This document shows positions 7,382 to 8,445 of a stretch of DNA of 8,445 bases, piece by piece. Every line of letters begins with the position of its first letter. Positions within the stretch are counted from its first letter, which is position 1. Under the pieces are notes generated by a model. It was given only the letters and a program-made list of their open reading frames with translations. It had not been told where the DNA came from and searched no databases. The position numbers were made by a program, and so were the translations under genes. The DNA comes from Fonticula alba ATCC 38817. Its lineage: Eukaryota; Protista; Nucleariida. The stretch lies in NCBI GenBank assembly GCA_000388065.2, contig KB932215.1; one strand, written 5' to 3'.

Positions 7382-8370
7382 ATGGCCGCACACCTGCAAG
7401 TCCTCTCGGCCGGGCAGTTCGACGCGCCGCCGGCCCTGATCCTGCACACCCGCAACCGGCGCTATCTGATCCAATGCCCGGAGGGGTCGCAGCGCCTGCT
7501 GGCCGAGTATGGCGTGGCCCTCGGCAAGCTGGACACCATCCTGCTGACGCGCGTGGCCCCGGCTCCGGCAGACATGCCGGCCGTCAATCCCCTGGCTGCT
7601 GGCCTGTGGTGCCGGTCGATCGGCGGTCTGCCGGGGCTGGCGCTGACCCTGGGCGATGCGGGCCACGCCCTGCCGGCCTCGCAGATGGCGAAGCCCTTCG
7701 GCCGCGGGGCCACCGGCGGCCCGGGCGGGTCGTCGAATTCGCCCCAGCGCCAGTCGCGCCTGGATGCTCCGGTTCCCGCCGAGGCTGAGGCCGAGGCCGC
7801 GGTGCCTGCCGCCGGCCCGTCCACCCCGCCTGCCGCCGGGCCGGCGGACGACCTGGACCGGCTGAGCCCACCTGTGCCGGCCCCACCAAGCCCGCCGGCT
7901 GCCTCATCGGCCGCGGCCATGGGTGCTGTCTCGGCCGCGCGCAAGCGCTCCTTCGGCGAGGCCTTCTTCCGGTCTCCGAGCATCCTGGCGCATGGGCCCT
8001 ACCGGCGCCCGGGCCAGCATGGCCTGCGCTTGGTCGGCCCGGACGGCGTGGCCGACATCTCCAAGCTGGTGTCCTTCTTCGTGAACAAGTACGGCCCCTG
8101 TCCGGTGGTGGCCATTGGCATGGGTGGCCGGGCTCCGGCTGCCCGGCGGGATCATCGTGCTGACCCTTCGCCTGCTTGCATTTTTTTTCCCGCCTCACTC
8201 CGCAAATGTGTGGCCGCCCCGCCGCCCTGTAGGAACCACATGCCGCTGCAGCCCTTCGCCCTGGAGCCCGGGGATATCCTCTCCGATGGGGATGTCCTGC
8301 TGACGACGCTCCCGACGGCCGAATGCTCCGGCGCCTGTCGCGAGCGCGGGTCGCTTGCCGACTCGGACGG
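7382..8370 (+). CDS. ELAC2: tRNase Z long form (ELAC2/Trz1 family), N-terminal part; join(7382..8088,8233..8370), continues beyond the window
   Basis: Frame 2 from ATG 7382 reads MAAHLQVLSAGQFDAPPALILHTRNRRYLIQCPEGSQRLLAEYGVALGKLDTILLTR...LWCRSIGGLPGLALTLGDAG...GLRLVGPDGV. This matches the tRNase Z(L) N-terminal signature (RYLFNCGEGxQRL..E...KL.+L+.IFLT...W.N+GGLPG+.LT) as I recall it, followed by the GP motif. The frame has no stop to the window end. The true start may lie further upstream. Confidence 0.85.
8089..8232 (+). other. Spliceosomal intron in tRNase Z, 144 nt, phase 2 (3n, stop-free)
   Basis: Donor GTACGG at 8089, branch GCTGAC at 8159..8164, T-rich tract, acceptor TGTAG ending 8232. 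Spliced reading is VSFFVNK|NHMPLQPF. Confidence 0.7.
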
Positions 8371-8445
8371 GTACGTCTGGCTGCTGCCCGGGGCCGAGGC
8401 TGCCGCCCTGCCTGCGGTTTGCCTGCGGTTTGCCTGCGGTTTGCC
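8371..8445 (+). other. Start of the next tRNase Z intron (partial)
   Basis: Consensus-like donor GTACGT at 8371, followed by an 11-bp tandem repeat that is not compatible with conserved coding sequence. Confidence 0.6.
8410..8445 (+). repeat. 11-bp tandem repeat GCCTGCGGTTT, at least 3 copies, truncated by the window end
   Basis: Units at 8410..8420, 8421..8431 and 8432..8442, plus a partial unit. Confidence 0.9.

Noticed and set aside
5949-7455. Track ORFs of 340-461 aa spanning the N run
   Set aside because: They are artefacts of translating Ns as X.
8410-8445. GCCTGCGGTTT tandem repeat as a telomere or minisatellite array
   Set aside because: Only about 3 copies are visible, it lies just after an intron donor, and it matches no telomeric unit I recognise.

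Overview
Very GC-rich, intron-containing eukaryotic DNA (probably a protist or alga; the taxon cannot be determined from this window). No prokaryotic operon, CRISPR array, rRNA, tRNA or transposase is visible. Two + strand spliced genes can be supported. (1) A ~805-aa J-domain-like protein, join(1468..1541,1720..2138,2376..4300). Its J-domain appears only after splicing, has ADP where HPD should be, and is split by a ~104-aa insertion containing a 58-aa segment with 28 His. (2) The 5' part of a long-form tRNase Z (ELAC2/Trz1 type), join(7382..8088,8233..8370,...), which runs off the window and is missing from the ORF track because its frame has no stop. A 705-nt assembly gap (6226..6930) lies between them. 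Four inferred introns share a GCT(G/A/C)AC branch-like motif 62-69 nt upstream of the acceptor, an unusually long and constant distance. Most other long ORFs in the track are GC-rich or microsatellite shadow frames. All splice models are inferred from sequence alone.
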